This document shows, piece by piece, positions 28,415-37,738 of a stretch of 63,856 nucleotides of DNA (the stretch's first letter is position 1; every line of letters begins with the position of its first letter). The translations under genes and the position numbers were made by a program. The stretch is from a bacterium (GTDB taxonomy: Bacteria; Patescibacteriota; Minisyncoccia; Phycocordibacterales; Phycocordibacteraceae). The stretch lies in contig JAKAKH010000007.1 of NCBI GenBank assembly GCA_021824605.1, positions 1-63,856 on the forward strand, given 5' to 3'. The notes beneath the pieces were generated by a model that ran no database searches, was not told the DNA's origin, and saw nothing but the letters and a program-made list of their open reading frames with translations.

Positions 28415-29944
28415 ATGGCGGGCACCCCTGAGGACACTTCGAATCAGTCGCGCGGCGGGTCGCCGTGGCTGGTGCTTGGGACAGTGATGGTGGGGACGCT
28501 CCTCATTGGTCTTGACCGTACGGTCGTGAATCTTGCGATGCCGAAGATTATGGGTGACTTCGGTATCACTGTCAGTTCAGCCGCATGGATTGCTACCGCG
28601 TACATCATCAGCAATGCTATCTTCGTGCCGGTGTTCGGGAAGCTCGGCGACCTATTCGGGAATCGAGTGATTTATCTTTGGAGTTTTGTCGGATTCATCG
28701 GCGTTTCTATTCTGGCAGGGCTTTCGTGGAGCCTCAACTCACTGATATTCTTCCGCGTGCTTCAAGGGCTTGTCGGTGCAGCGGTGTATCCCACGGCTAT
28801 GTCGCTCATCGCGAAGTCATTTCTCGATCCGAAGAAGCGCGCGCAGGCGCTCGGTATCTGGTCGTCTTCCTTTGCAATATCTGCGGTTATTGGGCCGCTG
28901 CTGGGCGGGTACCTTGTCGATAATTTCGATTGGCGCTGGGTATTCTTTATTAATTTGCCGATCGGTATCGCCGGCCTCATTATGACGCTGCTCTTCATTT
29001 CGCAGGATCGTCCCGGGGAGCGGGGAACATTCGACTGGTTTGGCGCGGTACTTCTCTCGGGCGCGATCTCGAGTCTCGTGCTCGTGGTTGACCGAGGGCA
29101 GGATTGGGGCTGGCTTTCAAGCACGAGCATGCTGTGTTACGGGGGCACGCTCGTCTTTGGTCTCCTTGTGTACTGGTGGGAGACGCGGCACAGCCATCCT
29201 ATTATTGATTTCAAATTCTTTCGGAATCCCGTGATTGTCTCAGTGCTCGTGGTGTCGTTTATCTCTTTTGGCGGCATGATGGGAGCGATGCTCTTGTTGC
29301 CGGTATTTGCGCAGACGTTTCTCCATTACACCGCGACTCAGAGCGGGTATCTCTTCGTACCCATGGCGCTCGCGCTTCCCGTTTTCGCACCATTTGGTGC
29401 CCGGCTTGCGAATCGGTTTCACCCCCGATATACGGTGTCGTTTGGTATGGCACTCTCAGCGCTCGGGCTGTTTCTCTTGATGCATCTTGATCCTGCGATG
29501 ACTTCGAGCGATTTCATACTTCCCCTCGTGCTTTTCGGCGCGGGTCTTGGCCTTGGGATGGCGCCGCTCACGAGTGCGGCGACTACCTCGGTTCCACTGC
29601 ATGAAGTCGGGATGTCGTCGGGCTTACTGAATCTCACGCGAAATATCGGCGGCGCATTTGGCATTGCCATTTTTAGTACCATTCTTGCGAATGCGACGAA
29701 TGCGAACGTCCTTCTGGTTGCACAGAATTCGCATATTCACGGTGCGACGGGAGCGATCCTCGCTGAGGCCGCGCAACTTATCATTATGAAAGCGCAGCTT
29801 CTCTCCTACGGAACAGTCTTCGGGTATGCCGCGGAAGCGATGCTGCTTGGTGCGTTCATTGCGCTTTTCTTCCTGCGCACCACAGAGGCGAGAGGCGAAG
29901 ATATTCCACCAGAGTTGCGTGCAGAGGCCGCTGCGGGTGGATAA
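28415..29944 (+). CDS. MFS drug:H+ antiporter, DHA2 (EmrB/QacA) family, 14 TM segments
   Basis: 509 aa with LDRTVVNLAMPKI and GKLGDLFGNR motifs and 14 hydrophobic segments. Confidence 0.88.
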   Translation: MAGTPEDTSNQSRGGSPWLVLGTVMVGTLLIGLDRTVVNLAMPKIMGDFGITVSSAAWIATAYIISNAIFVPVFGKLGDLFGNRVIYLWSFVGFIGVSILAGLSWSLNSLIFFRVLQGLVGAAVYPTAMSLIAKSFLDPKKRAQALGIWSSSFAISAVIGPLLGGYLVDNFDWRWVFFINLPIGIAGLIMTLLFISQDRPGERGTFDWFGAVLLSGAISSLVLVVDRGQDWGWLSSTSMLCYGGTLVFGLLVYWWETRHSHPIIDFKFFRNPVIVSVLVVSFISFGGMMGAMLLLPVFAQTFLHYTATQSGYLFVPMALALPVFAPFGARLANRFHPRYTVSFGMALSALGLFLLMHLDPAMTSSDFILPLVLFGAGLGLGMAPLTSAATTSVPLHEVGMSSGLLNLTRNIGGAFGIAIFSTILANATNANVLLVAQNSHIHGATGAILAEAAQLIIMKAQLLSYGTVFGYAAEAMLLGAFIALFFLRTTEARGEDIPPELRAEAAAGG

Positions 29945-29951
29945 TAGCACT

Positions 29952-30419
29952 ATGACATCGCGTACTATTCCGAAACAGAAACCACAGAGTGCGCGAGACA
30001 TTGCGCGTGCAATATCTCTGTTCTTTGCGGTACGCGGCAGAATGCGCACGAAACTCGCTGGTGGGACGAAGCTTGATCCCTCGTCGTGGCTCCGTATTGA
30101 GACGATGAAATTCATTGCCGATCACACGGATTCGAAAATGAAGGATGTTGCTGAGTACCTTTCAATCACTGCACCCTCGGCCACTTCGCTCATTCGTGGC
30201 TTAGTGAAAAGTGGTCTTGTCGCGCACTGTACGGATGATCGTGACCATCGTGTCTTGCGGCTTGCACTCACTGCGAAGGGGAGGACTGAGCTTGCGTCTG
30301 CTATTGCCTACGGACGACGACGTCTCCGTGGCTTATTTGCAGTACTTTTAGACGAAGAGCTGCAGGCATTTATCGGCGCGCTCGAGAAGATTCGAAGCGT
30401 ATCAACGGACGAGAAATAA
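29952..30419 (+). CDS. MarR-family transcriptional regulator
   Basis: The ATG at 29952 follows the MFS stop. The winged helix is MKDVAEYLSITAPSATSLIRGLVKSGLV...DRDHRVLRLALT. Confidence 0.85.
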   Translation: MTSRTIPKQKPQSARDIARAISLFFAVRGRMRTKLAGGTKLDPSSWLRIETMKFIADHTDSKMKDVAEYLSITAPSATSLIRGLVKSGLVAHCTDDRDHRVLRLALTAKGRTELASAIAYGRRRLRGLFAVLLDEELQAFIGALEKIRSVSTDEK

Positions 30420-30470
30420 TTTTCGTCGAAAAGCTCGTCAAGGAACAGACCTTTGGTATCATATTGCTAT

Positions 30471-30857
30471 ATGAAAGGATACATCACCAACATCGAAGAA
30501 CGTGCACTCGCAAACAATTATTTCAGAGAGGTGCTGTATACCGACGAACGACTGCAGTTGGTCGTTATGAGCCTACAGCCGAATGAGGACATTGGTGAAG
30601 AGGTGCATGAACTCGATCAGTTTATTCGCGTCGAGAAAGGGGCAGGGAAGACCGTACTCGAGGGTGTTGAGCACGAGCTTACAGAGGGTTCGGCGATCAT
30701 TGTTCCGAAAGGTACTCGACACAATATTATAAATACCTCAGCGACTGAGCCGATGAAGCTCTACACCGTGTATGCGCCGCCGAATCACAAGGAGGGTACG
30801 GTGCATCAAACGAAAGCGGAAGCAGAGGCTGATGAGGGCGAACACTACGCCGGGTAA
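30471..30857 (+). CDS. cupin-domain protein
   Basis: The cupin motifs are GEEVHELDQFIRVEKG and IVPKGTRHNIIN. Confidence 0.75.
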   Translation: MKGYITNIEERALANNYFREVLYTDERLQLVVMSLQPNEDIGEEVHELDQFIRVEKGAGKTVLEGVEHELTEGSAIIVPKGTRHNIINTSATEPMKLYTVYAPPNHKEGTVHQTKAEAEADEGEHYAG

Positions 30858-30861
30858 CGGT

Positions 30862-31437
30862 ATGCCGCCTCTTTCCATCGACACGTCAAAAACAGCGCTC
30901 GTCGTCATTGATCTGCAGAAAGGTATTGTCGAGCGCGAAGTCGCCCCGCACTCATCCGAAGAAGTGATAGAGCACGCTGCACGTCTTGCGGGTGCGTTTC
31001 GACAGAAGAGTATGCCGGTGTTTCTGGTGCGAGTGACGCCATCGCCCGATGGGAAAGACGCACTGCACCCTCTTGCCGATGCCGGTATGGCGATGGCGAC
31101 ACCTCCGGCAGGGTGGGCAGACATTGTACCGGAGCTTGGTTCGAAGCAGGGAGATTTCGTGATTACGAAACATCAGTGGGGTGCGTTTTATGGTACAGAG
31201 CTTGATCTTGAATTCCGGCGGCGCGACATCACGACGATGGTGCTCTGCGGTATCTCGACCAACATCGGTGTCGAGAGTACGGCACGTTTCGCGTACGAGT
31301 ACGGGTACCACCAAATCTTCGTCGAGGATGCGATGGCGGCCATGTCAGCAGAAGAGCATATCGCGACCGTCACAAAGATATTCCCACGTATCGGCCTTGT
31401 AAGGAAAACAGAAGACGTTTTACAGGCCTTGGGCTAA
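30862..31437 (+). CDS. isochorismatase-family hydrolase
   Basis: TALVVIDLQ is present, with the catalytic Cys context VLCGISTNIGVEST. Confidence 0.82.
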   Translation: MPPLSIDTSKTALVVIDLQKGIVEREVAPHSSEEVIEHAARLAGAFRQKSMPVFLVRVTPSPDGKDALHPLADAGMAMATPPAGWADIVPELGSKQGDFVITKHQWGAFYGTELDLEFRRRDITTMVLCGISTNIGVESTARFAYEYGYHQIFVEDAMAAMSAEEHIATVTKIFPRIGLVRKTEDVLQALG

Positions 31438-31503
31438 CGAGCGGTTTGCAGAAAAGAACTACAGCTTTCTCGACGAGAAAGGGCGTATACTAGGGGTACG
31501 CCT

Positions 31504-32238
31504 ATGAACGCTCAGAAGGTCATAGAGCAGCTTGGATACACCGCAAAGGAGGCGAAGGTGTACATTGCTGCACTGTCGCTTGGAGAGTGTCATATCTCGG
31601 ACCTTGCCGCGAAACTCAAGATGCCGCGGTCGAGTGTACAGAGCATTCTCGATACGCTCCATAAGGATGGCCTTATTAATTTTTACGTGCAGCGCCGGTA
31701 TCGATATTGGGTTGCAGAGAGTCCGGAACGGTTATTGAAACTGCTACAGGAGCGCGAGGCGAGTGTGTCAGCAGCTCTCCCGATATTGTCTGGTCTGCGG
31801 AAGGGTAGCAGTACGAAGACCTCCGTCAAAGTATTTGCCGGGACTGACGAGATACGAATGATGTATGACGATATGCTTGTTATGCGGCAGCATATTCTTG
31901 GTATGGTTCCCTGGGATGAGTGGCAGCGACTACTCGGACGTGGGTTCACGGAAGATTTTATAGAAAAACGGGTACGACATTTCTTGCACATTCGTCTCAT
32001 CGTTCCCAAGTCAGTTGCGACGACGGCGCTCAAGGAGCGCGACGCGAAAGAGTCACGCATCACGCGCTATTCCCCCGAGGGAATGACCATCAAGACTGCG
32101 CTCTTCATCTACGGAACAAAAGTTGCGATTGTGACGCTTAATAAACGAATGCCGACGGCGATTGTCCTCGATGATCAGGATATTCGAGACACTTTTGAAC
32201 TATTCTTCGAAGGATTGTGGGAGCAGAGCAGCGAGTAG
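31504..32238 (+). CDS. TrmB-family transcriptional regulator
   Basis: The N-terminal wHTH is LGYTAKEAKVYIAALSLGECHISDLAAKLKMPRSSVQSILDTL. It is 244 aa. Confidence 0.8.
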   Translation: MNAQKVIEQLGYTAKEAKVYIAALSLGECHISDLAAKLKMPRSSVQSILDTLHKDGLINFYVQRRYRYWVAESPERLLKLLQEREASVSAALPILSGLRKGSSTKTSVKVFAGTDEIRMMYDDMLVMRQHILGMVPWDEWQRLLGRGFTEDFIEKRVRHFLHIRLIVPKSVATTALKERDAKESRITRYSPEGMTIKTALFIYGTKVAIVTLNKRMPTAIVLDDQDIRDTFELFFEGLWEQSSE

Positions 32239-32463
32239 TGTAGAAATGACGATATTTTCGTCGTCGTGAAGGCAGCGTACGAGTTTTGTACCGAAACATC
32301 TTTTCTCGGCGAGTGTCTTTTCTGACAAGAATGATTGTCTTTTGTGAAGGTGATTTTATCCTGTAAGGAGGTCGGGATCTCGAGGCAAGATGGGTGCTTC
32401 GATTATTGGCTATTTATATACCATGGTTTTGTGCTGTTGGGGGAACTATTAGCAACAGTAACT

Positions 32464-32793
32464 ATGCTCTCTATGTGGAAAGAATATACTAATGCAGCGC
32501 TCGGGCTTGGAGTAGCCATTGTCGCGTTTCTTGGTCTGACCGATGCCACACTTATGACAACGCTCTTCGTTCTTGGCGCCGCAGTGTTGGTGCTTGGGTT
32601 GTGGAGTGCGAGTACGTGGCAGGATTATACCAACGCAGCGCTCGGACTTGGTATCGCCGTGGTCGGACTCTTCGGTTTGACGGGCGCAGCCCTCTCCTGG
32701 ACGCTCTTCGTTCTTGGCGCCGCAGTGCTGGTGCTTGGGCTCTGGGGTGCAAACACTCTCTCCTCGTCGGAATTCGAACGAAGTCACGCGTAG
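32464..32793 (+). CDS. four-TM membrane protein built from two 47-aa tandem repeats
   Basis: W(K/Q)(E/D)YTNAALGLG...LFVLGAAVLVLGLW occurs twice. The start is uncertain; the track start at 32335 is unlikely. Confidence 0.55.
   Translation: MLSMWKEYTNAALGLGVAIVAFLGLTDATLMTTLFVLGAAVLVLGLWSASTWQDYTNAALGLGIAVVGLFGLTGAALSWTLFVLGAAVLVLGLWGANTLSSSEFERSHA
32473..32754 (+). repeat. two tandem copies of a 141-bp unit inside the CDS
   Basis: For example, TTCGTTCTTGGCGCCGCAGTG(T/C)TGGTGCTTGGG occurs at 32566 and 32707 (a 141-nt period). Confidence 0.75.
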
Positions 32794-32835
32794 TGCTTTG
32801 CCGTCAATTGTCTTAGGCGGGTATGGACGTACCGA

Positions 32836-33072
32836 GTGCTACTCCCTTGCGTTTTGCCGCTCGCTCTTCGTATCTCGCGAAAGATAGGACATCCCGACAA
32901 CCCCGAATATGCAGTGTGTGCAGTAACTGAAGATGGGGAACTTATCTGTAATGAGGCAGAATCAACGAAACTCGATCAACGTTGGCTTAAGGAGGTGGCT
33001 AAGCGTGAACAAGGAAAAGCGATGCGCCGCCGTACTCTGTACGGCGGCGCACGTCATACGGCGAAGAAGTAA
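32836..33072 (+). pseudogene. remnant of a phosphoribosyltransferase-family gene
   Basis: RKIGHPDNPEYAVCAVTEDGELICNE...RRRTLYGG matches the middle of COG1926-type PRTases. The N-terminal RGG region and the PRPP-binding loop are missing. Confidence 0.5.
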
Positions 33073-33105
33073 TGCGCATCCTGTCTGAGTTTTAAAAAGA
33101 AGGGG

Positions 33106-33831
33106 CTAGAAACTTGCAAGTCGTATAACAACGTAGAGTATGCCCATACCAAGAAGGGTCATAAGAGTGGTCCATCGCTTCGGATGAGAGTGGTAGCTCT
33201 CTGGGATGAGATCACTTGCGCCGAGGTACAGAAAGAACCCAGAGAAGAGCGCGAGCAGGAGGCCAAGTGTTTCTCCGGGAAGTACGAAAAAGATCGTCGA
33301 AAGCACACCGAGTACTGGCGCGAATGCGTCAACGAGAAGCCAGCGGAATGCTTGAGTACGAGTGCCCGCGTGCTTCAGTACGAAGTTCACAGTGTTGATA
33401 CCATCAGAGAAATCATGCGTAAGTACGGCGACCGCAACAATGAGTCCTACTGCCGGAGATACTTGGAAAGCGAGACCAATACCCATGCCGTCAAGGAAGC
33501 TGTGAAGAGAGAGGCTCCCAGCACCGGCGTTCGCTTTGTGGTTGTGCAGCGCTTCGTCACCAGCGTGGTCATGCAGGAGTATAAAACGATCAAGGATGAG
33601 GTACGCAGCAAATCCGAGAGCAACCACCGAGAGTACTGTCGCAGCAGAGTATACTTTTTCAGTCAAAGCGAGCGCCTCGGGGAGAAGGTCGAAGAAGGCG
33701 ACCGCGAGAATAGCCCCGGCACTAAAACCGAGTATGAGATGTAGTTTGTCTTTTAAGTAGAGTGCAAACAGGCCACCGATGAGCGTGGAAAAAAAGGCGG
33801 CGACGGTGATAAGAATCAGTACAGAATTCAT
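33106..33831 (-). CDS. ZIP-family divalent metal transporter (ZupT-like)
   Basis: 241 aa with HSFLDGMGIG and HDFSDG motifs and a His-rich loop. Confidence 0.85.
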   Translation of the reverse strand: MNSVLILITVAAFFSTLIGGLFALYLKDKLHLILGFSAGAILAVAFFDLLPEALALTEKVYSAATVLSVVALGFAAYLILDRFILLHDHAGDEALHNHKANAGAGSLSLHSFLDGMGIGLAFQVSPAVGLIVAVAVLTHDFSDGINTVNFVLKHAGTRTQAFRWLLVDAFAPVLGVLSTIFFVLPGETLGLLLALFSGFFLYLGASDLIPESYHSHPKRWTTLMTLLGMGILYVVIRLASF

Positions 33832-33926
33832 AGGTCAGCTATATGCGCGTAGTATAGAGGAAAGAGTGATGTGGAGATAGGAGGATGTGCACCCGCATTC
33901 TTTCGTATTTTTGTACGCCTGATACG

Positions 33927-34595
33927 CTACCGTGTATTCGCCGCAATGGCTTCTTCAAATAGTTCGGGCGTGGGCGGGTGGTGGGCGTTCATTGTCTCGA
34001 TGAATGCTTCGTGACTGAGAAGGAAGCGAGGATTCTTGCTTTTCTCGTGCCCGATAGTAGAAGCCGTACGACCCTTGTAGTCATGCGCAGGGTATACGAC
34101 AGTTTCATCAGGGAGTGCACCGAGCGTGTTGTGGAGGGAGTGGTACAGTGCCTCGCTGTCGCCAAGTTGGAAATCAGTGCGACCGGTGCCTTCGATGAGC
34201 AGGGCATCGCCAGTGAAGACAGCTTCGTCGATATGGAGCGAGATACTCTCGTTGGTGTGACCGGGTGTCGCAAGGATATTTATGGTGTGCTCGCCAAGCG
34301 GCAGTGTTTCGCCGCCTGCTACCGACACGTCCTTATGAGGAGAGGGAGCATTTTTATGCCGAAGGATCTTTGCACCAGTTAGTTCAGCAAGTTGTATTGC
34401 AGACGAGATGTGATCAGCGTGGGTATGCGTCTCTGCAATATAGCGGAGAGTGGCCCCTTGCTCCTTGAGAGCAGTAAGGTAGAGATCACTCGCTATTTCT
34501 ACCGAGGGGTCTATAAGAAGTGCTTCTTTTGAAGTGGGATCGACAACCAGGTAGGACAGACACCCGCGTTGCGCGTGGAAGGGGAGTATGTGCAT
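33927..34595 (-). CDS. MBL-fold hydrolase, persulfide-dioxygenase (ETHE1)-like
   Basis: The ATG at 34595 gives MHILPFHAQRGCLSYLVVD. The metal motif THTHADH is present. The longer track ORF overlaps the rhodanese gene. Confidence 0.75.
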   Translation of the reverse strand: MHILPFHAQRGCLSYLVVDPTSKEALLIDPSVEIASDLYLTALKEQGATLRYIAETHTHADHISSAIQLAELTGAKILRHKNAPSPHKDVSVAGGETLPLGEHTINILATPGHTNESISLHIDEAVFTGDALLIEGTGRTDFQLGDSEALYHSLHNTLGALPDETVVYPAHDYKGRTASTIGHEKSKNPRFLLSHEAFIETMNAHHPPTPELFEEAIAANTR

Positions 34596-34606
34596 GGGGA
34601 GGGAAG

Positions 34607-34933
34607 TTAGGTAGTAGGGAGCCCTGCGTTTTCCCAGGCAATGATGCCGCCTGAGACGTTCATAACCTGGGTCATACCGAGTCCGTGAAGCAGGTTTGCT
34701 GCCATGGCGCTTCGGCCGCCAGAGCGGCACATAACGTGAATTGACGTATACCCCGCCAAACGAGATGCTTGCGCCTCGAGCTGGTCGAGGGGAATGTTCA
34801 CAGCACCAGGGACACCAATATCACGCACTTCCTCTCGTGAGCGGACATCGATAAGGACGTGTCCTTCAGTACCAAGGGTTGCGTGAGCATCGTGGACAGT
34901 AATATTTTTCGGGCCAAATGAGAATCCAAACAT
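34607..34933 (-). CDS. single-domain rhodanese sulfurtransferase
   Basis: 108 aa with the active-site loop CRSGGRS. Confidence 0.88.
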   Translation of the reverse strand: MFGFSFGPKNITVHDAHATLGTEGHVLIDVRSREEVRDIGVPGAVNIPLDQLEAQASRLAGYTSIHVMCRSGGRSAMAANLLHGLGMTQVMNVSGGIIAWENAGLPTT

Positions 34934-34935
34934 AG

Positions 34936-35199
34936 TTAAGAAAGATGAAAAGCTGAATTAATAATGATATCGAGTTCTTTTGCGAGCCGAGCAGGACCCT
35001 TCTTTTCGCTGAGACAGCGCTTCGCAGAATCGTGCGCAAGTGCCTCAGCGAAACTTTTAAGTCCATTGGTTGCCGCCTTGACCTGGGTCAGAGTTCCGGC
35101 ACAGTCGATATCTTCGGTGCTGAGCGAACGTTTGAGGGCTGCGATCTGCCCCTCAATGCGATTTAATCGTATGACGAGGTTGTGATGGGTAGTGGACAT
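34936..35199 (-). CDS. CsoR/RcnR/CstR-family metal- or persulfide-sensing repressor
   Basis: 87 aa. RLNRIEGQIAALKR is the family signature, and two Cys are present (DIDC, KRC). Confidence 0.85.
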   Translation of the reverse strand: MSTTHHNLVIRLNRIEGQIAALKRSLSTEDIDCAGTLTQVKAATNGLKSFAEALAHDSAKRCLSEKKGPARLAKELDIIINSAFHLS

Positions 35200-35228
35200 A
35201 TTGTGGGGCTACTCCTGGAGTATAGCAC

Positions 35229-35245
35229 ATACCCCCCTGGGGTAT
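35229..35245. promoter_or_regulatory. CsoR-type operator ATACCCCCCTGGGGTAT
   Basis: This GC-tract pseudo-palindrome flanked by ATAC/GTAT lies 30-46 nt upstream of the repressor start. On the minus strand it sits between TTGCAT and TATACT. Confidence 0.7.
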
Positions 35246-35337
35246 GCAAGTCGGGCATGCTCAACAGGAGCAATAGATCACACCGGCGTCGCGAGTGGAG
35301 TCGCGACGGCCGGTGTGATCTGCGCGAAATGCCGCGA

Positions 35338-36102
35338 CTAGAAGAATCCGAACATGTGGGAGAAGAATCCGCCGATCAGACCAAAGAATCCTCGATGCGC
35401 CGGGGCAGGAGTGGTCCCGTTTGCTGGTGCTTGGAGCGTGCCGGAATCAATGACTGTAGTTGCCGTGATTGCCGTACCCTGCACCGTGCCCTGGACGATA
35501 ACGGTATCGCCAACGGCGATGTTTGTGCTGGTGGCATTCGCGATACCGGTCTTTGTTACTTTTGCAGAGCTGATATCGACTGTGTACGTGACGTTACTTT
35601 TATTGGTCACAGTGAGTGAGGTGCCGCTCTGGGCAGTAACGGTGCCGCCAATCACTGGCTGTCCATTCCCGATTATTGCCGGAGTATGTGAGGCAATGTC
35701 CATGTCAGGTGTTTCACCGAACATTCTGCCCCAATGACCTGCCCGCCCATCTCGAATCATGGTTGCGGTGACGGTCGTGCCACTCAACGTGCCTTCTACC
35801 ATCACTCGATCGCCAATGGCGATTGCCGAGAGCGTAGAATTCAGACCTTCTTTCGTCACGGTTGCTTGTGCGGCCTGGACGGTATAGGTCGTCTCTGTTT
35901 TCTGTGCTGCGCGTGGCCATGCTTTCGAATCAACCGTCAGTGTCGTGCCTGCGATTCCGGAGACAGTACCGACAACGACGGGACGATGGAATGGTGGCGT
36001 CGGTTCCTCAGCCGCAAATGCGGTTCCTGCGAGGCCGACGGAGCTGATAAGTGCTGACCCTACGAGTAGGGCAGAAAAGTTACGTTTTGAGAGAATAGAC
36101 AT
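35338..36102 (-). CDS. secreted protein with repeated beta-rich (DUF5666-like) modules
   Basis: A signal peptide is present. GTV.G...T..TV modules recur, and the C-terminus is FGLIGGFFSHMFGFF. Confidence 0.55.
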   Translation of the reverse strand: MSILSKRNFSALLVGSALISSVGLAGTAFAAEEPTPPFHRPVVVGTVSGIAGTTLTVDSKAWPRAAQKTETTYTVQAAQATVTKEGLNSTLSAIAIGDRVMVEGTLSGTTVTATMIRDGRAGHWGRMFGETPDMDIASHTPAIIGNGQPVIGGTVTAQSGTSLTVTNKSNVTYTVDISSAKVTKTGIANATSTNIAVGDTVIVQGTVQGTAITATTVIDSGTLQAPANGTTPAPAHRGFFGLIGGFFSHMFGFF

Positions 36103-36186
36103 GAGTTGGATGCTTGAATTGATAACACTGTACGTACAGGTATATATACGCCCGGGGCGTTGGAATGTTTCATTCGTCGAGCAGGA

Positions 36187-36651
36187 TTAGAGAGAGATCT
36201 CCGTCAACACTTCATTTGTGCCGTTTCCTTGAGAGAAGTCGCCCCAGCGAACCCAGTGAGGGGTAAGCTTCAAGAACACCATATCGGCAGGACTAAAACG
36301 TGTAAGGGGTGCGAAGTAATTGGTATTGGAAAGGAGTACCGCAGTGAGGTCGACTAACGCAGGGTCGATGAGCGCCGTTTTTGTCAGGTTTGAGACCGTA
36401 CCTTCAATCTGGAGGGTCTGAGGAATGGTTTCGTCTGATACGGTGAAGGCGGCTTGCAGGCTGGTTTGCAGGTCGGCCCATTTTCGAGTGTCTCCGTGGG
36501 TCACGAAATAGATTGAGAAAGAATCATCGGAAGCGAAGTAGATAGTTCGTACTCGCGGCGTTCCCTCTGGCGAGACGGTCGCGAGCGCGCCGGTGATATG
36601 TGCTTTGAGGAAGGCGAGAGCCGTGTTTCGAACAGTAGCAGATGGTTCCAT
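36187..36651 (-). CDS. pyridoxamine 5'-phosphate oxidase-family FMN-binding protein
   Basis: FLKAHITGALATVSPEGTPRVRTIYF is a typical PNPOx-like split-barrel N-terminus. Confidence 0.75.
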   Translation of the reverse strand: MEPSATVRNTALAFLKAHITGALATVSPEGTPRVRTIYFASDDSFSIYFVTHGDTRKWADLQTSLQAAFTVSDETIPQTLQIEGTVSNLTKTALIDPALVDLTAVLLSNTNYFAPLTRFSPADMVFLKLTPHWVRWGDFSQGNGTNEVLTEISL

Positions 36652-36680
36652 ACTGGTGGGTTACGTGTGAGTAGCATACC

Positions 36681-37715
36681 ATGTGGTACGCTATGGATAT
36701 GGATACACATCGTTTTGGAACTATCCCTCTCCTGGTGCTTTTTGCTGCAGTCTCGCTTCTCCTCTTCTTTGTGTACAGTCCTTTTCTATCGGTGCTTTCA
36801 CTTGCGGGGGTTTCTGCGGTCATGCTGCATGGTCCTCACGAGAAGCTGACGCGCATCCTCGGCGGGAGGAGTGGCATCTCCGCGTTAATCATGGTCTTGC
36901 TCTTGTGCATATTTTTCGTGGTGCCGCTCTTCTTCCTTGGATTACAAATTTTCCAAGAGGCGCAAAATCTCTTCGTGGGCATCCAGGGGAATGGTGCGTC
37001 GTATGTGGAAGCGGTACGCAACGTGATTCAAGTACCGCTGCAGCGATGGGTTCCAGGATTCGTATTCGATATCCATACGGCAGTTGAGAACGTGATCCTC
37101 TTTATTTCGAGCAATCTAGGATCACTTGTCTACCAGACACTCTCAGTATTTTTTGGGGCTTTCCTTATGCTCTTGTCGCTGTTTTTCTTCCTCCGTGACG
37201 GACGTGCACTTCTTGCTTCATTTGTAGACTTGAGTCCTTTTGGAAAAGGGGTGACGGATGAAATCTTGCAGAATATGTATCTCACGATTCGTTCGGTCGT
37301 ACGGGGTACGTTATTTATCGTAGTGATTCGTGCCGCGTGTATGTGGGTGGCGTTTACTCTCTTTGGCATACCGAACGCCCTTTTCTGGGGTACGCTCGGA
37401 GGTGTTGCAGGAGCGATACCAGGTCTCGGTACTGCTTTTGCCTTTCTGGGGGCAGCCGTCTATTTCTACCTTATGGGGAATATGGCGGGCGTCATCGGTA
37501 GTATCCTCTCGGGAGGTATTGCGGTGATTCTCGTCGACAATATTCTCACCTCGTATTTCTTTGGTAAGGGGTTAGCGGTATCACCGATATTCGTACTCTT
37601 CGCTATTTTGGGTGGACTTGTATACTTCGGTCCGCTGGGATTCATACTCGGCCCACTCGTGCTCTCCGTATTCCTCTCAGTAGTGCGTATTTCTCCAATG
37701 AGCGGACACGCGTAA
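36681..37715 (+). CDS. AI-2E family transporter (PerM/UPF0118)
   Basis: About 340 aa and polytopic, with a conserved C-terminal half (GIPNALFWGTLGGVAGAIPGLG). Confidence 0.8.
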   Translation: MWYAMDMDTHRFGTIPLLVLFAAVSLLLFFVYSPFLSVLSLAGVSAVMLHGPHEKLTRILGGRSGISALIMVLLLCIFFVVPLFFLGLQIFQEAQNLFVGIQGNGASYVEAVRNVIQVPLQRWVPGFVFDIHTAVENVILFISSNLGSLVYQTLSVFFGAFLMLLSLFFFLRDGRALLASFVDLSPFGKGVTDEILQNMYLTIRSVVRGTLFIVVIRAACMWVAFTLFGIPNALFWGTLGGVAGAIPGLGTAFAFLGAAVYFYLMGNMAGVIGSILSGGIAVILVDNILTSYFFGKGLAVSPIFVLFAILGGLVYFGPLGFILGPLVLSVFLSVVRISPMSGHA

Positions 37716-37738
37716 CCACCGAAGTGTTTGGTGTCGGG

